Part shown: positions 1-8,422 of the stretch, piece by piece
Layout of the letters: each line of letters begins with the position of its first letter
Position numbering within the stretch: position 1 is the first letter of the stretch
Origin: Dehalococcoidia bacterium
GTDB lineage: Bacteria; Chloroflexota; Dehalococcoidia; Lucifugimonadales; GCA-2712585
Reading direction: 5' to 3'
Length of the DNA stretch: 64,000 bases
Assembly: GCA_965247585.1 (NCBI GenBank)
Contig: CBDFHC010000004.1
Span: 66,554 to 130,553, forward strand
The notes under the pieces: generated by a model
What the model was told of the DNA's origin: nothing
What the model saw: only the letters and a program-made list of their open reading frames with translations
The model's database searches: none
Translations under genes and position numbers: made by a program

Positions 1-123
1 TCAGTGCCGGAGGAGAGGGCAGACCGGTTGCTGGAGGAGCTGCTGGGCGCCGGGCAGACGGACACGGTGGTGGTAGGCGAGGTGGGAAAGGTCGGAGGGC
101 CGGTAATAGAGGTGCTGCCCTAA
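1..123 (+). CDS. 3' end of a CDS entering from upstream of the window (function unresolved)
   Basis: Frame is open from base 1 to TAA at 121-123 (...VVVGEVGKVGGPVIEVLP*). Convergent with thiS and overlapping its stop. Forty residues are too few to assign a family. Confidence 0.4.
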   Translation, partial: SVPEERADRLLEELLGAGQTDTVVVGEVGKVGGPVIEVLP

Positions 124-323
124 CCGCCGCCGACGGGGCGGACGATCTCGACGACGTCACCCTGGCGAAGGACCACGGCGCCGAAGTTCTCCTTGTCTAG
201 CACCTCGCCGTTGTGACCAACGGCGACGAACTTTATGTTTACCTCCAGGCTCTGAAGGAAATCCAGGAGGCCGGTGGGGCCGGGCAGCTCCCGAGGCTTT
301 CCGTTTACGGTGAGGGTGATCAT
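120..323 (-). CDS. thiS: Sulfur-carrier protein ThiS
   Basis: 67 aa starting MITLTVNGK and ending in the diagnostic C-terminal GG (VRPVGGG). ATGA overlap with the thiE stop. I trimmed the track ORF (120..383) to the internal ATG at 323. Confidence 0.85.
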   Translation of the reverse strand: MITLTVNGKPRELPGPTGLLDFLQSLEVNIKFVAVGHNGEVLDKENFGAVVLRQGDVVEIVRPVGGG

Positions 324-991
324 GTTGATGCGGTCCTCCGGCTGGCGGGCTGCAAGTGCCAGGAGCGGGAAATACGTTCCCACAACTCGGCGGCGGCTTG
401 TTTCGGGTTTGGCGAAGACAAGATTGCGCTTATGACTGCCACGCCGGAGGCTCCGGCGTCTATCACCTGAGGGGCGTTAGAGGGACCGATGCCACCGATG
501 CCAAGGACCGGGGCGGCGGACTTTGCGGCGAGGGACTCGATGAGTTCGACGCCGGTGGGGGCGGCGTCAGGGTGGGAGCGGGTTGAATATACGGCACCGG
601 CTATGAGGTAATCGGCGCCGTCTTGCAAGGCGGCGAGGCCGCCCTGGACGCTGTGGACGGACCTACCGATGAGGAGACGTTGGCCGGCGAGATGTCGGGC
701 AGCGGTGGTGGTCATTGCGGTTTCCCCCAGGTGGACGCCGTCCGCACCGGAGGCCAAGGCCACGTCCACGCGTTCGTTCACAAAGAGGAGCGCCCTTCCC
801 TGAATAATGCGCTTAAGCTGCATCGCAAGGTCGAGGAGGGTTCCGCCCGGCAGGTCTTTCTCCCGAATCTGGACCATATTTACGCCGCCGGAAACGGCCT
901 CCGAAACGGTTTCCACCAAGGATTCTATGCCGGTAAGCGCTCGGTCGGTCACCAGGCAGAGGACGGGGCGAGGAAGACGAGGGGCGGTCAT
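320..991 (-). CDS. thiE: Thiamine-phosphate synthase ThiE
   Basis: 223 aa with ThiE-like motifs (LCLVTDR, VQIREKD, GADGVHLG, IGGIG). Lies directly between thiG and thiS. Confidence 0.85.
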   Translation of the reverse strand: MTAPRLPRPVLCLVTDRALTGIESLVETVSEAVSGGVNMVQIREKDLPGGTLLDLAMQLKRIIQGRALLFVNERVDVALASGADGVHLGETAMTTTAARHLAGQRLLIGRSVHSVQGGLAALQDGADYLIAGAVYSTRSHPDAAPTGVELIESLAAKSAAPVLGIGGIGPSNAPQVIDAGASGVAVISAILSSPNPKQAAAELWERISRSWHLQPASRRTAST

Positions 992-1783
992 TTAGCCCGA
1001 GGTGGAGACGGGTTGAGGAACGTCCTGGGTGGGGCTGCTGGGGGCGGCGTAAGGGCGTTGGGAGATTCGGCCGGCCAGGTAGGCATTTCGGCCGGCCTGG
1101 ACGCCGAGCTTGAATGCCTGAGCCATGAGGACGGGATCGTTGGCCTGGGCTATGGCAGAGTTGACGAGAACAGCGTCGGCGCCCAGCTCCAGGGCCTGGG
1201 AGGCCTCGGAGGGGACGCCCAGGCCGGCATCGACGACCACGGGGACGCCGGCCTGCTCGACGATCATACGGATTTCCTCGACGGTGTGGATGCCCTGGCC
1301 GGAGCCGATGGCGGAGCCCAGGGGCATAACGGTGGCGCAACCCACCTGCTCCAGGCGGAGGGCCAGCACGGGGTCCGCGTGGATGTATGGCAGGACGACG
1401 AAGTCTTCCTTGACGAGGATCTCGGCGGCGCGGAGGGTCTCACCGCCGTCCGGAAAGAGGTACTTGGGGTCCGGGATGACCTCCAGCTTGACCCAGTTGG
1501 AGCCGGTGACGGAGCGGCCAAGCCGGGCGACGAAGAGGGCCTCTTCCATGGTACGGCTGCCGGCGGTGTTGGGGAGGATGGTGTACTTGGTCCAGTCCAG
1601 GTAGTCGAGGATAGTCTTCTCGTTGGGGTTGTCCAAGTCGAGGCGTCGGATGGCGACGGTGACCATATCGGCGCCGGAGGCCTCAATGGCGTTAACCATG
1701 TCGTCCATGGTGCGGAACCGGCCGGTGCCGGCGATAAGGCGGGAGCGCATGCGCTTGCCCGCGATCTCCAGATGATCTTCCAT
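992..1783 (-). CDS. thiG: Thiazole synthase ThiG
   Basis: 263 aa with ThiG signatures ([34 protein letters not shown]). SD ggggaggt lies upstream of the ATG. First gene downstream of the TPP riboswitch. Confidence 0.9.
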   Translation of the reverse strand: MEDHLEIAGKRMRSRLIAGTGRFRTMDDMVNAIEASGADMVTVAIRRLDLDNPNEKTILDYLDWTKYTILPNTAGSRTMEEALFVARLGRSVTGSNWVKLEVIPDPKYLFPDGGETLRAAEILVKEDFVVLPYIHADPVLALRLEQVGCATVMPLGSAIGSGQGIHTVEEIRMIVEQAGVPVVVDAGLGVPSEASQALELGADAVLVNSAIAQANDPVLMAQAFKLGVQAGRNAYLAGRISQRPYAAPSSPTQDVPQPVSTSG

Positions 1784-1798
1784 GCCTACCTCCCCTGG

Positions 1799-1829
1799 AA
1801 AAGAAAACCGTCAGGAAGCTTCCTGACGG
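1799..1829 (-). terminator. Riboswitch expression-platform terminator (attenuator) upstream of thiG
   Basis: On the minus strand: ccgtcaggaagcttcctgacgg, a perfect 9-bp stem, followed by ttttctttt. Sits between the TPP aptamer and the thiG SD/ATG. Confidence 0.7.
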
Positions 1830-1849
1830 ACTAAGGAGGGCCGAGAGGC

Positions 1850-1945
1850 CTGGTGATCCCTGCGCCGGAATTACCCGGATCAGGTTCGGACGGTCGCCCC
1901 GCAGCTCCGGGGCCTCTCAGCCTGAAGAATCAAGCTCCCGTCAGG
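1850..1945 (-). promoter_or_regulatory. TPP (THI-box) riboswitch aptamer
   Basis: The minus strand reads ...gggagc...ggctgagagg...gaacctgatccgggtaattccggcgcaggga. This matches the conserved CUGAGA and ACCUGAUCNGGNUAAUNCCNGCG cores of the TPP aptamer. Positioned 5' of thiG-thiE-thiS. Confidence 0.85.
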
Positions 1946-2008
1946 TCTGACTATGTTACTAAGAAAAAGGTTAGCATGGAAAGGAAGGGCGGTCAACGGG
2001 CGTGGTAG

Positions 2009-2236
2009 TTCTGAGGGACACTTTCAGACTCCCGGCACATTCCTGTGCTGTAAGCAAGATGAACTATTTCGGTGCCGATCAGCGAGGGCGAAGCGTTAGC
2101 CGCTCCTAAGGGCTACAAATCTAAGGTTGGTGGTTCCCACCCATTCGCCCCGGAGGGTTTTTAGATGTTTCTCTGGGGGACACCCTCAGACTCCCGGCAG
2201 GGAATCCAGGTTCCCTGCACTCTCCTGTGTGGTTGG
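2009..2236 (+). repeat. Intergenic repeat cluster 1 (degenerate B, A, B)
   Basis: Module key (+ strand consensus). A: ..gcgatggg..gccacgacgaaggactgcaaatcacaggttggtggtgcccacccacccgcccaggaaggttttt. B: ttctgagggacaccctcagactcccggcag-[variable hairpin 2]-ctgcactcccc. C-left: gtgctctccc..cccagattcttcgatcctcacgggc.gactcagaatgacatgg. C-mid: gcggtatgggctcgtccttcgagagcctcaggatgagcgggttggaggcgtaggaggc. C-right: ttattttcataggaatgacatgacttgtgcggacgctcaacgcgggg. D: cccctcttaatctccccctatcgagggggagagaatttt. E: caaggtgctatcgcaccttatcgaccatccccctgaccctcttcc. E2: tgtccaggaagggggaagaaaaacgaa. F: cgagggaatcccgcatgccggttgcgaccggcaccaccagggacgaa. G: gtgaacaaattgagc..acagcgatagtgggcgc. This cluster: degenerate B 2009-2052, A 2064-2162, B 2168-2236. 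Confidence 0.9.
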
Positions 2237-2486
2237 TGCAAATTTTTGGCAGGGGTCCCCCTTTCAAAAGATGGGCAGTTCATTTTTGAGGCCCTGGCGG
2301 GCGCGATGGCCGAAGGCGAAGGGGTGGAAGGTAGGCGAAAGCGCCTGCGCAGTGATTGACGGTCTGGGAGGCTCTAATTACACTCCCCCCTTAACTGTTA
2401 GGCCGACGGGGCGGGCAACGGTTGACGGTGTTGTGCCGCCGTACTGGGATAGCCACGGATAACCGCGCCTGGGAAGGAAGCTGATC

Positions 2487-3557
2487 ATGAAGTTCGGGTT
2501 GATGTACGAGATCCAGATACCGGAACCCCACTACCCGGGGATAGAGCAGGACAGGTACAAGCAGGTACTGGCGCAGGTGGAGCTGGCGGACGAGGTGGGG
2601 TTCGACTACTTCTGGACGGTGGAGCACCACTTCCTGCGGGAGTTTTCGCATTGCTCGGCGCCGGAGGTGCTGTACGGGGCGGTGTCGCAGATAACGAAGC
2701 GGATCCGCATCGGCCACGCGGTGGCGCTGCTGCCGAGCCAGTACAACCATCCGGTGAGGGTGGCGGAGAGGGCGGCGGTGCTGGACATACTGTCGGACGG
2801 GCGGATGGACCTGGGTACGGGGCGGTCGACGACGCTGATAGAGATGGACGGTTTCGAGGTGAACCCGGAGGAGACGAGGGCACAATGGGAGGAGGCGGTG
2901 ACGATGATTCCGCGGATGTGGACGGAGGACCCGTTTTCGCACGAGGGGAAATATTTCAACGTGCCGCCGAGGTCTGTGATACCGAAGCCGGTGCAGAAGC
3001 CGCACCCGCCGATGTGGGTGGCGTGCAGTCAGCCGGACAGCTTCCGCGTGGCGGGGGAGATGGGGTTGGGGGTGCTGTGTTTCACGCTGGGGGGACACGA
3101 GCAGCTTAAGGAGCGGGTGGACATCTATCGGGAGGCGGTGAAGCACGCGCACCCGGTAGGGTCGTTTGTGAACGACCAGGTGGCGGCGCTGTGCGTTATC
3201 CACTGCGGGGAGGACGATGAGGATGCGCGGCGGACGGCGGGGCCGGAGGGGGCGTGGTTTGTAAATATGGCGGGCAAGCTGTACAAGCCGTGGCAGGGAA
3301 GGGATGTGCCGCAATCTTACAAGTTCGCGGTGGACGCGGTGCAGCAGGAACGGGTGGAGGCCACGGTGGAAGACCACCTGCGTTCCGGGGCGTTCGTGAT
3401 GGGGGACCCGGACACGGTGATTAAGGGGTTGAAGGGTTACCAGGAGGCGGGGATAGACCAGGTGCTGTGTTTCATGCAGATGGGGAACCTGGCCCATCAG
3501 CGGATTATGGACTCGATCAAGCTGTTCGGGCGGCACGTGATTCCGTACTTTCAGTAG
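2487..3557 (+). CDS. LLM-class (luciferase-like) flavin-dependent oxidoreductase
   Basis: 356 aa. The N-terminus MKFGLMYEIQ and the overall pattern are typical of luciferase-like monooxygenases. SD ggaagg precedes the ATG. Confidence 0.85.
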   Translation: MKFGLMYEIQIPEPHYPGIEQDRYKQVLAQVELADEVGFDYFWTVEHHFLREFSHCSAPEVLYGAVSQITKRIRIGHAVALLPSQYNHPVRVAERAAVLDILSDGRMDLGTGRSTTLIEMDGFEVNPEETRAQWEEAVTMIPRMWTEDPFSHEGKYFNVPPRSVIPKPVQKPHPPMWVACSQPDSFRVAGEMGLGVLCFTLGGHEQLKERVDIYREAVKHAHPVGSFVNDQVAALCVIHCGEDDEDARRTAGPEGAWFVNMAGKLYKPWQGRDVPQSYKFAVDAVQQERVEATVEDHLRSGAFVMGDPDTVIKGLKGYQEAGIDQVLCFMQMGNLAHQRIMDSIKLFGRHVIPYFQ

Positions 3558-3578
3558 AGGGAGCGTGCTGCATATCGA

Positions 3579-3835
3579 GTTCTGAAGGGCATCCTCAGAC
3601 TCCCAGCAGCACCAGCCTGGTCCTGTGCACCCCTCCTGTACGGTTGGCTACAAAGGGCGGGGTGGTTTTTGCCGGGGTAGTCTGCCACTGCGATGGGCGC
3701 CGCCATGACGTAGGAGTTGAAATCACAGGTTGGTGGTACCCACCGTCCCACCCAGTAAGGTTCATAAAGAATATTTTGAGGGACACCCTCAAACTCCCGG
3801 CAGGGAACCCAGGTTCCCTGCACCCTCCTGTGGGG
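3579..3835 (+). repeat. Intergenic repeat cluster 2 (B variant, A, B)
   Basis: B variant 3579-3647, A 3716-3762, B with the cagggaaccc/ggttccctg hairpin 3773-3835. Starts 22 nt after the stop of the preceding gene. Confidence 0.9.
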
Positions 3836-3919
3836 GGTGTGGTAGAGCCGGTTTGGGCAATTTTTGAATCCATGGTTTAGAATGTGCGAAAGCAACCAAG
3901 CGAATTAGAGGAGGGCCTT

Positions 3920-4828
3920 ATGGGAGGCGTGAACCAGCTAGGGTATCTGGGGATAGGCGTTAGCGACGTGGGTGAGTGGGAGAGGTATGCGCAGGATATC
4001 TTGGGACTGCAGGTGAGCGAGAGGGGAGAAGATGGCACCCTATTTCTGCGGATGGACGAGTATCACCATCGAATCGCAGTGCATCCCGGTGGTGACGACG
4101 ATTTGGCTTACGCGGGCTGGCAGGTGACGACGGAGAGCGAGCTGTTGGAGGTGGCGAACCGGCTGAAGGCGGATGGAGTGCCGATGCGCGAAGGGAGCGA
4201 CGCGGAAGCAAAGGAGCGCCGGGTGGCAGGATTGATTAAGGTTGCGGACCCGGACGGCATTGCGGTGGAGATTTTCTACGGACCGCTGATGAACTTCGAC
4301 GAGACGTTCAGATCTCCGCGGCCGATCTCCGGATTCGTGACGGGGGAGCAGGGGCTAGGCCACATAGTGCTGTGCACCGAAGACCTGGAGAAGGGGCTTC
4401 ATTTCTATCGGGACCTGCTGGGCATGAGGATAAGCGATTTCATCAAGCCGAACCTGCCCTCGGGCCAGGAGATGACGCTGGCGTTCTTCCACTGCAATCC
4501 AAGGCACCACTCGCTGGCGCTGATGCCGCCGAGGGGCAAGAAGATGCTGCACTTCATGCTGCAGCTCGAGTCGATTAACGACGTAGGGATGACGTTCGAC
4601 CTGTGCCGGGACCAGGGGGTCCCGAAGCTGCGAGGTCTGGGGAGGCACACCAACGACCATATGTTGTCGTTCTACATGGGAACGCCGTCGGGGTTTGAGG
4701 TGGAGTACGGATGGGGGGCGCGAACGGTGGATGACAGCACGTGGCAGGTGCAATGGCAGACTACGGGCAGCATATGGGGACACCGTCCGGTGGAGCCGCA
4801 GGGCGCCAAGGACCCGATCCCGGCTTAA
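3920..4828 (+). CDS. Extradiol ring-cleavage dioxygenase (VOC superfamily, BphC / catechol 2,3-dioxygenase-like)
   Basis: Two-domain VOC pattern (LGYLGIGVSDVGEWERY..., GLGHIVL, FHCNPRHHSLAL, LHFML). I moved the start to the ATG at 3920, which follows SD gaggaggg; the track ORF starts at 3884. Confidence 0.8.
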   Translation: MGGVNQLGYLGIGVSDVGEWERYAQDILGLQVSERGEDGTLFLRMDEYHHRIAVHPGGDDDLAYAGWQVTTESELLEVANRLKADGVPMREGSDAEAKERRVAGLIKVADPDGIAVEIFYGPLMNFDETFRSPRPISGFVTGEQGLGHIVLCTEDLEKGLHFYRDLLGMRISDFIKPNLPSGQEMTLAFFHCNPRHHSLALMPPRGKKMLHFMLQLESINDVGMTFDLCRDQGVPKLRGLGRHTNDHMLSFYMGTPSGFEVEYGWGARTVDDSTWQVQWQTTGSIWGHRPVEPQGAKDPIPA

Positions 4829-4850
4829 CGGACTTTAGAATGACGTTTGA

Positions 4851-4883
4851 GGGAGGGGCGACTATCGCCCCTCCCTTTGTTTT
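4851..4883 (+). terminator. Intrinsic terminator after the dioxygenase gene
   Basis: gggaggggcga-cta-tcgcccctccc (11-bp perfect stem) followed by tttgtttt, 23 nt after the stop codon. Confidence 0.8.
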
Positions 4884-4893
4884 GGGGTGATTT

Positions 4894-5420
4894 GCCGTTG
4901 CTATGGGTGGTTGCTCCTAAGGGTTACAAATCGAGGGTTGGTGGTTCCCACCATCCCACCCAGGAAGGTTTTACAAAGTTTTACTGAGGTACACCCTCAG
5001 ACTCCCGGCAGAGGAGCACAGCCCCTCTGCACTCCCCCTTTCTGCGTGCGCTTCAAGAGACGATGTGTCTAGTTTCGAGGGAATCCCGCATGCCAGTTGC
5101 GACCGGCAGCACCAGGGAAGAAAACGCTAGGCTGGTGGTAGAAGTGGGCGCGAAGGTTGGATGTGCTCTCCCACCACACCCAGATTCTTCGATCCTCACG
5201 GGCCGACTCAGAATGACATGGCGGGGGGGCGGAATGCGGTATGGGCTCGTCCTTCGAGAGCCTCAGGATGAGCGGGTTGGAAGCGTAGGAGGCTTATTTT
5301 CATAGGAATGACATGACTTGTGCGGACGCTCAACATGCGATCAGGTGGCGCTGAAAATACTGACGGAGTAAAAAGTTCACAAACTCAGGAGGGGCTTTGG
5401 CTCTCTGCACTCCCTCTTTT
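4894..5420 (+). repeat. Intergenic repeat cluster 3 (A, B, F, C-left, C-mid, C-right, B hairpin-2 tail): one of the longest composites
   Basis: A 4894-4972; B 4979-5043; F 5073-5122; C-left 5143-5222; C-mid 5230-5294; C-right 5295-5345; B-tail about 5377-5412. The 10-mer gaatgacatg occurs at 5211-5220 and again at 5306-5315, bracketing C-mid. Confidence 0.9.
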
Positions 5421-5510
5421 CGGCAGGGAGCGGGTTGACCTTGAAGATAGGGGCTGCTACGTTCACGCCGGTCTTGGAAGGGGAGAGAAGCCAGCAACAG
5501 GGAGTAGAGT

Positions 5511-6257
5511 ATGAGACTTGAAGGAAAGGTAGCGCTGATCAGCGGGGGCGCCCGAGGGATGGGGGCGGTGGAGGCCAGGCTGTTCGCCAAGGAGGGAGCG
5601 AAGGTGGTGATTGGGGACGTTTTGGCGGAGGGGGAGGAGACGGCGGCGGAGATAAACGGCGCAGGAGGCTCGGCGCACTTCGTGAGGCTGGACGTGACCA
5701 GCGAGGATTCGTGGGGGGAGGCTGTGGGGGAGACGGTGCGTCGCTTCGGCAGACTGGATATTCTGGTGAACAACGCGGGGATACTGCGGCGCGGCCCGAT
5801 AGAAGAGGCCACGGAGAGCACGTGGGACGAGGTGCTGGCGGTAAACGCCAAGGGGGTGTGGCTAGGAACCAAGGCGGTGATGCCGGAGATGCGGAAGGCG
5901 GGGGGAGGTTCAATAGTGAACATCTCTTCGATGGCGAGCCACACGGCCAGGGCGGGGAGCTCGGTGTACGCGGCGTCCAAGGGGGCGGTCCGCATTTTCA
6001 CCAAATCGACGGCGATAGAGGGAGCGAAGGACGGGATCAGGGCCAACTCGGTACACCCGGGGGTTATCGAGACGCAGATGATTGCCGACATGCTGAACAA
6101 CGAGGATTACCGGCAGGAGCAGGTGGACCGGATTCCGCTGAGGCGAGTCGGGACGGCCGAGGACGTGGCCAATGGAGTGCTGTACCTGGCATCGGACGAG
6201 TCCTCTTACGTAACTGGGTCGGAGCTGGCGATTGACGGGGGGTTGCTGGCCCAGTGA
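5511..6257 (+). CDS. Short-chain dehydrogenase/reductase (SDR) family oxidoreductase
   Basis: 248 aa with the glycine-rich NAD(P) motif SGGARGMG, the NNAG motif and the catalytic YAASK. SD agggag precedes the ATG. Confidence 0.9.
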   Translation: MRLEGKVALISGGARGMGAVEARLFAKEGAKVVIGDVLAEGEETAAEINGAGGSAHFVRLDVTSEDSWGEAVGETVRRFGRLDILVNNAGILRRGPIEEATESTWDEVLAVNAKGVWLGTKAVMPEMRKAGGGSIVNISSMASHTARAGSSVYAASKGAVRIFTKSTAIEGAKDGIRANSVHPGVIETQMIADMLNNEDYRQEQVDRIPLRRVGTAEDVANGVLYLASDESSYVTGSELAIDGGLLAQ

Positions 6258-7738
6258 CGGGCCGACGCGTGATGAAAGGCAACGAGATCGGGCCGTACTC
6301 ATCGGCGACGGAGATGCTGGCGGCGCTGGAGTCGGGGGGCGTGTCGTCGGTGGAACTGCTGGAGCTTCATTTGAAGCGGATAGAGAAGCTGAACCCGGCG
6401 CTGAACGCCATAGTGACGCCGGACTTCGAGAACGCCAGGAAGACAGCGGCGGAAGCGGACGCGGGGCAGGCCCGGGATGAAACCGCGCCGCTGTTGGGGC
6501 TGCCTATGACGATCAAGGACTGCATTGACGTGAAGGGGCTGCGGGGAACGGCGGGGCTGGAAGCGCACCGGGAGAGGAAACCGGAGGCGGACGCGCCGGT
6601 GACGGCATCGGTTCGAGCGGCGGGGGCGGTGATAATGGGGAAGACGAACGTGCCACCGAACGCTGCGGACTGGCAGTCGAACAACCCAGTGTTCGGGCGG
6701 ACGAACAATCCGTGGGACTTGAGCCGGACGCCGGGGGGCAGCACGGGGGGAGGGGCGGCGTCGCTGGCGGCGGGGCTGACACCGCTGGAGCTGGGGAGCG
6801 ACGTTGGAGGGTCGATCCGGATACCGGCGGCGTTCTGCGGGGTGTACGGGCACAAGCCCAGCGAGACGGCGGTGCCCAAGAGTGGACACTTTCCAGGGTT
6901 TCCGCGGCCGAATCCCGGGGTGACGATGCTGGTGCTGGGGCCGCTGGCGCGGAGCGCCCAGGACCTAGAGCTGGCTTTGGACGTGGTGGCGGGGCCGGAT
7001 GTGGGAGAGGATGTGGGGTGGCGGCTCCAGATTCCTCCGGCGAGGCACGACCGGCTTTCGGAGTACCGGGTGGCAGTATTGCCGGCCATCAACTGGCTGC
7101 CGGTGGACTCGGAGATCCAGGAGTCGTTAGAGGGGCTGGCGGGGGCGCTGGGGAGGGCGGGGGCGAGGGTGGAGGAAGCGCAGCCGGAGGGGTTCGGGGA
7201 CATGCGTCGGCACCACGAACTGTACACGTCGACGCTTTCGCGCATCAGCTCGCTGAGGGAGACGGAGGCGAGACGGACACGGATGGCGGAGAGCATGCGA
7301 AGCCGGGGAGGGATGTTTGGGGAGGCGATGGCGCGGGGGATGGGGGCGACGGCTTCGGGCTATGTGTCATGGCTGTCGGCGCGGGAGGGGTTCAGGGAAG
7401 CGTACCGGGAGTTTTTCCGAGGGTGGGACGTGCTGCTGGCGCCGATAACCGTAGTACCGCCGTTCCCGCACACGGACGCCCGGTGGCCGGAGCGGCGGTT
7501 GGATGTGAACAACGAATCGGTGGAGTACGGGCTGCAGACGGTGTATCCGGGGGTGGCGACGTTCTGCGGACAGCCGGCCACGGCGTTCCCCTGGGGCCAG
7601 ACACGGAGCGGGCTGCCGATTGGGTTGCAGGCGATAGGGCCGTACCTGGAGGACCGGACGAGCATTCGATTCGCGGAGCTGGTGTCGCGGGAGTTCGGTG
7701 GGTTTCAGGCGCCGCCGGGGTATGGCGGCGGGTGGTAA
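6254..7738 (+). CDS. Amidase (amidase-signature family), copy 1
   Basis: AS-family motifs: MTIKDCIDVKG (catalytic Lys region), GGSTGGGAASLAAG and GSDVGGSIRIPA. The GTG at 6254 overlaps the SDR stop; an in-frame ATG at 6272 is an equally plausible start. Confidence 0.85.
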   Translation: MTGRRVMKGNEIGPYSSATEMLAALESGGVSSVELLELHLKRIEKLNPALNAIVTPDFENARKTAAEADAGQARDETAPLLGLPMTIKDCIDVKGLRGTAGLEAHRERKPEADAPVTASVRAAGAVIMGKTNVPPNAADWQSNNPVFGRTNNPWDLSRTPGGSTGGGAASLAAGLTPLELGSDVGGSIRIPAAFCGVYGHKPSETAVPKSGHFPGFPRPNPGVTMLVLGPLARSAQDLELALDVVAGPDVGEDVGWRLQIPPARHDRLSEYRVAVLPAINWLPVDSEIQESLEGLAGALGRAGARVEEAQPEGFGDMRRHHELYTSTLSRISSLRETEARRTRMAESMRSRGGMFGEAMARGMGATASGYVSWLSAREGFREAYREFFRGWDVLLAPITVVPPFPHTDARWPERRLDVNNESVEYGLQTVYPGVATFCGQPATAFPWGQTRSGLPIGLQAIGPYLEDRTSIRFAELVSREFGGFQAPPGYGGGW

Positions 7739-7814
7739 GAGGGCTGTCCGGCGAGTGAGTCCGTTCACCGGGGGCGTGCTAGAATAGCGCCATCCGATAG
7801 CTTCGAGGTGCAAT

Positions 7815-8246
7815 ATGACGATTCCCGGAAAGCCTCCAGTGCCCACGGACCTGGTACACCACATTGGGATTGCGGTCTCAGACCTGGACGCGAGCATCAA
7901 GTTTTACCAGGAGCTGTTCGGGCTGGAGCCGGGCCCAATTATTGAACGGGAAGACGTGCAGGTGCGGGGATGTTTCATTCCGGTGGGGGACACGAACCTG
8001 GAGCTGCTTGAGAGCACAAGCCCGGACGGCGTCATTGCGATGCATATCAGCAAACGTGGCGAGGGGTTGCACCACGTGTGCTTTGAGGTGGACGACGTTG
8101 GGGAGAAGCTGAAGAGTTTGGACGAACTGGGGATAGACCTGCTGGACAAGGTGCCAAAGCGAGGGCTGGCAGGGGGTCTGATTGGGTTTCTGCACCCCTC
8201 GGCGGCGCGAGGGGTGTTAATAGAGTTGGCGCAGCACGAGCATTAG
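7815..8246 (+). CDS. mce: Methylmalonyl-CoA epimerase-like VOC family protein
   Basis: 143 aa. HHIGIAVSDLDASIKFYQELFG and GEGLHHVCFEVDD match the epimerase subgroup of glyoxalase/VOC proteins. SD gaggtg. Confidence 0.7.
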   Translation: MTIPGKPPVPTDLVHHIGIAVSDLDASIKFYQELFGLEPGPIIEREDVQVRGCFIPVGDTNLELLESTSPDGVIAMHISKRGEGLHHVCFEVDDVGEKLKSLDELGIDLLDKVPKRGLAGGLIGFLHPSAARGVLIELAQHEH

Positions 8247-8255
8247 GATATAGGT

Positions 8256-8376
8256 CCCTCATCCCCCTCGGTCCCCCTTCTCCGGAGTAGAAGGGGGAAG
8301 AAAAACGAAGTTCTGAGGGACACCCTCAGACTCCCGGCAGGGAACCCAGGTTCCCTGCACCCTCCTGTACGGTTGG
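8256..8376 (+). repeat. Intergenic repeat cluster 4 (E2-like, B)
   Basis: cccccttctccggagtagaagggggaagaaaaacgaa, then B 8310-8376 with hairpin 2 gcagggaaccc/ggttccctgc at 8337-8358. Confidence 0.9.
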
Positions 8377-8422
8377 AGCATAAAGACGCCCTGGGGTAAG
8401 AATTCTCTATAGAGTTTATGGG

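Noticed and set aside
623-1834. 403-aa + strand ORF covering the thiE/thiG region
   Set aside because: It is antisense to two genes with clear ThiE/ThiG motifs. The product is G/A/D/V-rich low complexity, typical of spurious long ORFs in high-GC DNA.
2127-2462. Recurrent short ORFs containing peptides like EGHPQTPG / LRDTLRLPA (for example 2127-2462, 3467-3880, 31163-31450, 33559-33864, 45126-45392, 62573-62974)
   Set aside because: The shared peptides are simply translations of repeat modules A and B in various frames. The frames and lengths are not conserved between copies, so these are not protein genes.
2391-3536. 381-aa minus-strand ORF opposite the LLM oxidoreductase
   Set aside because: The translation is R/H/P/L-rich nonsense (RRPPRTQVHPP...). 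It is the antisense frame of a well-supported gene.
5230-5294. C-mid as a hammerhead-like ribozyme (contains caggatgag and a gtc)
   Set aside because: The core does not match CUGAUGA...GAAA. The required three-stem junction cannot be drawn.
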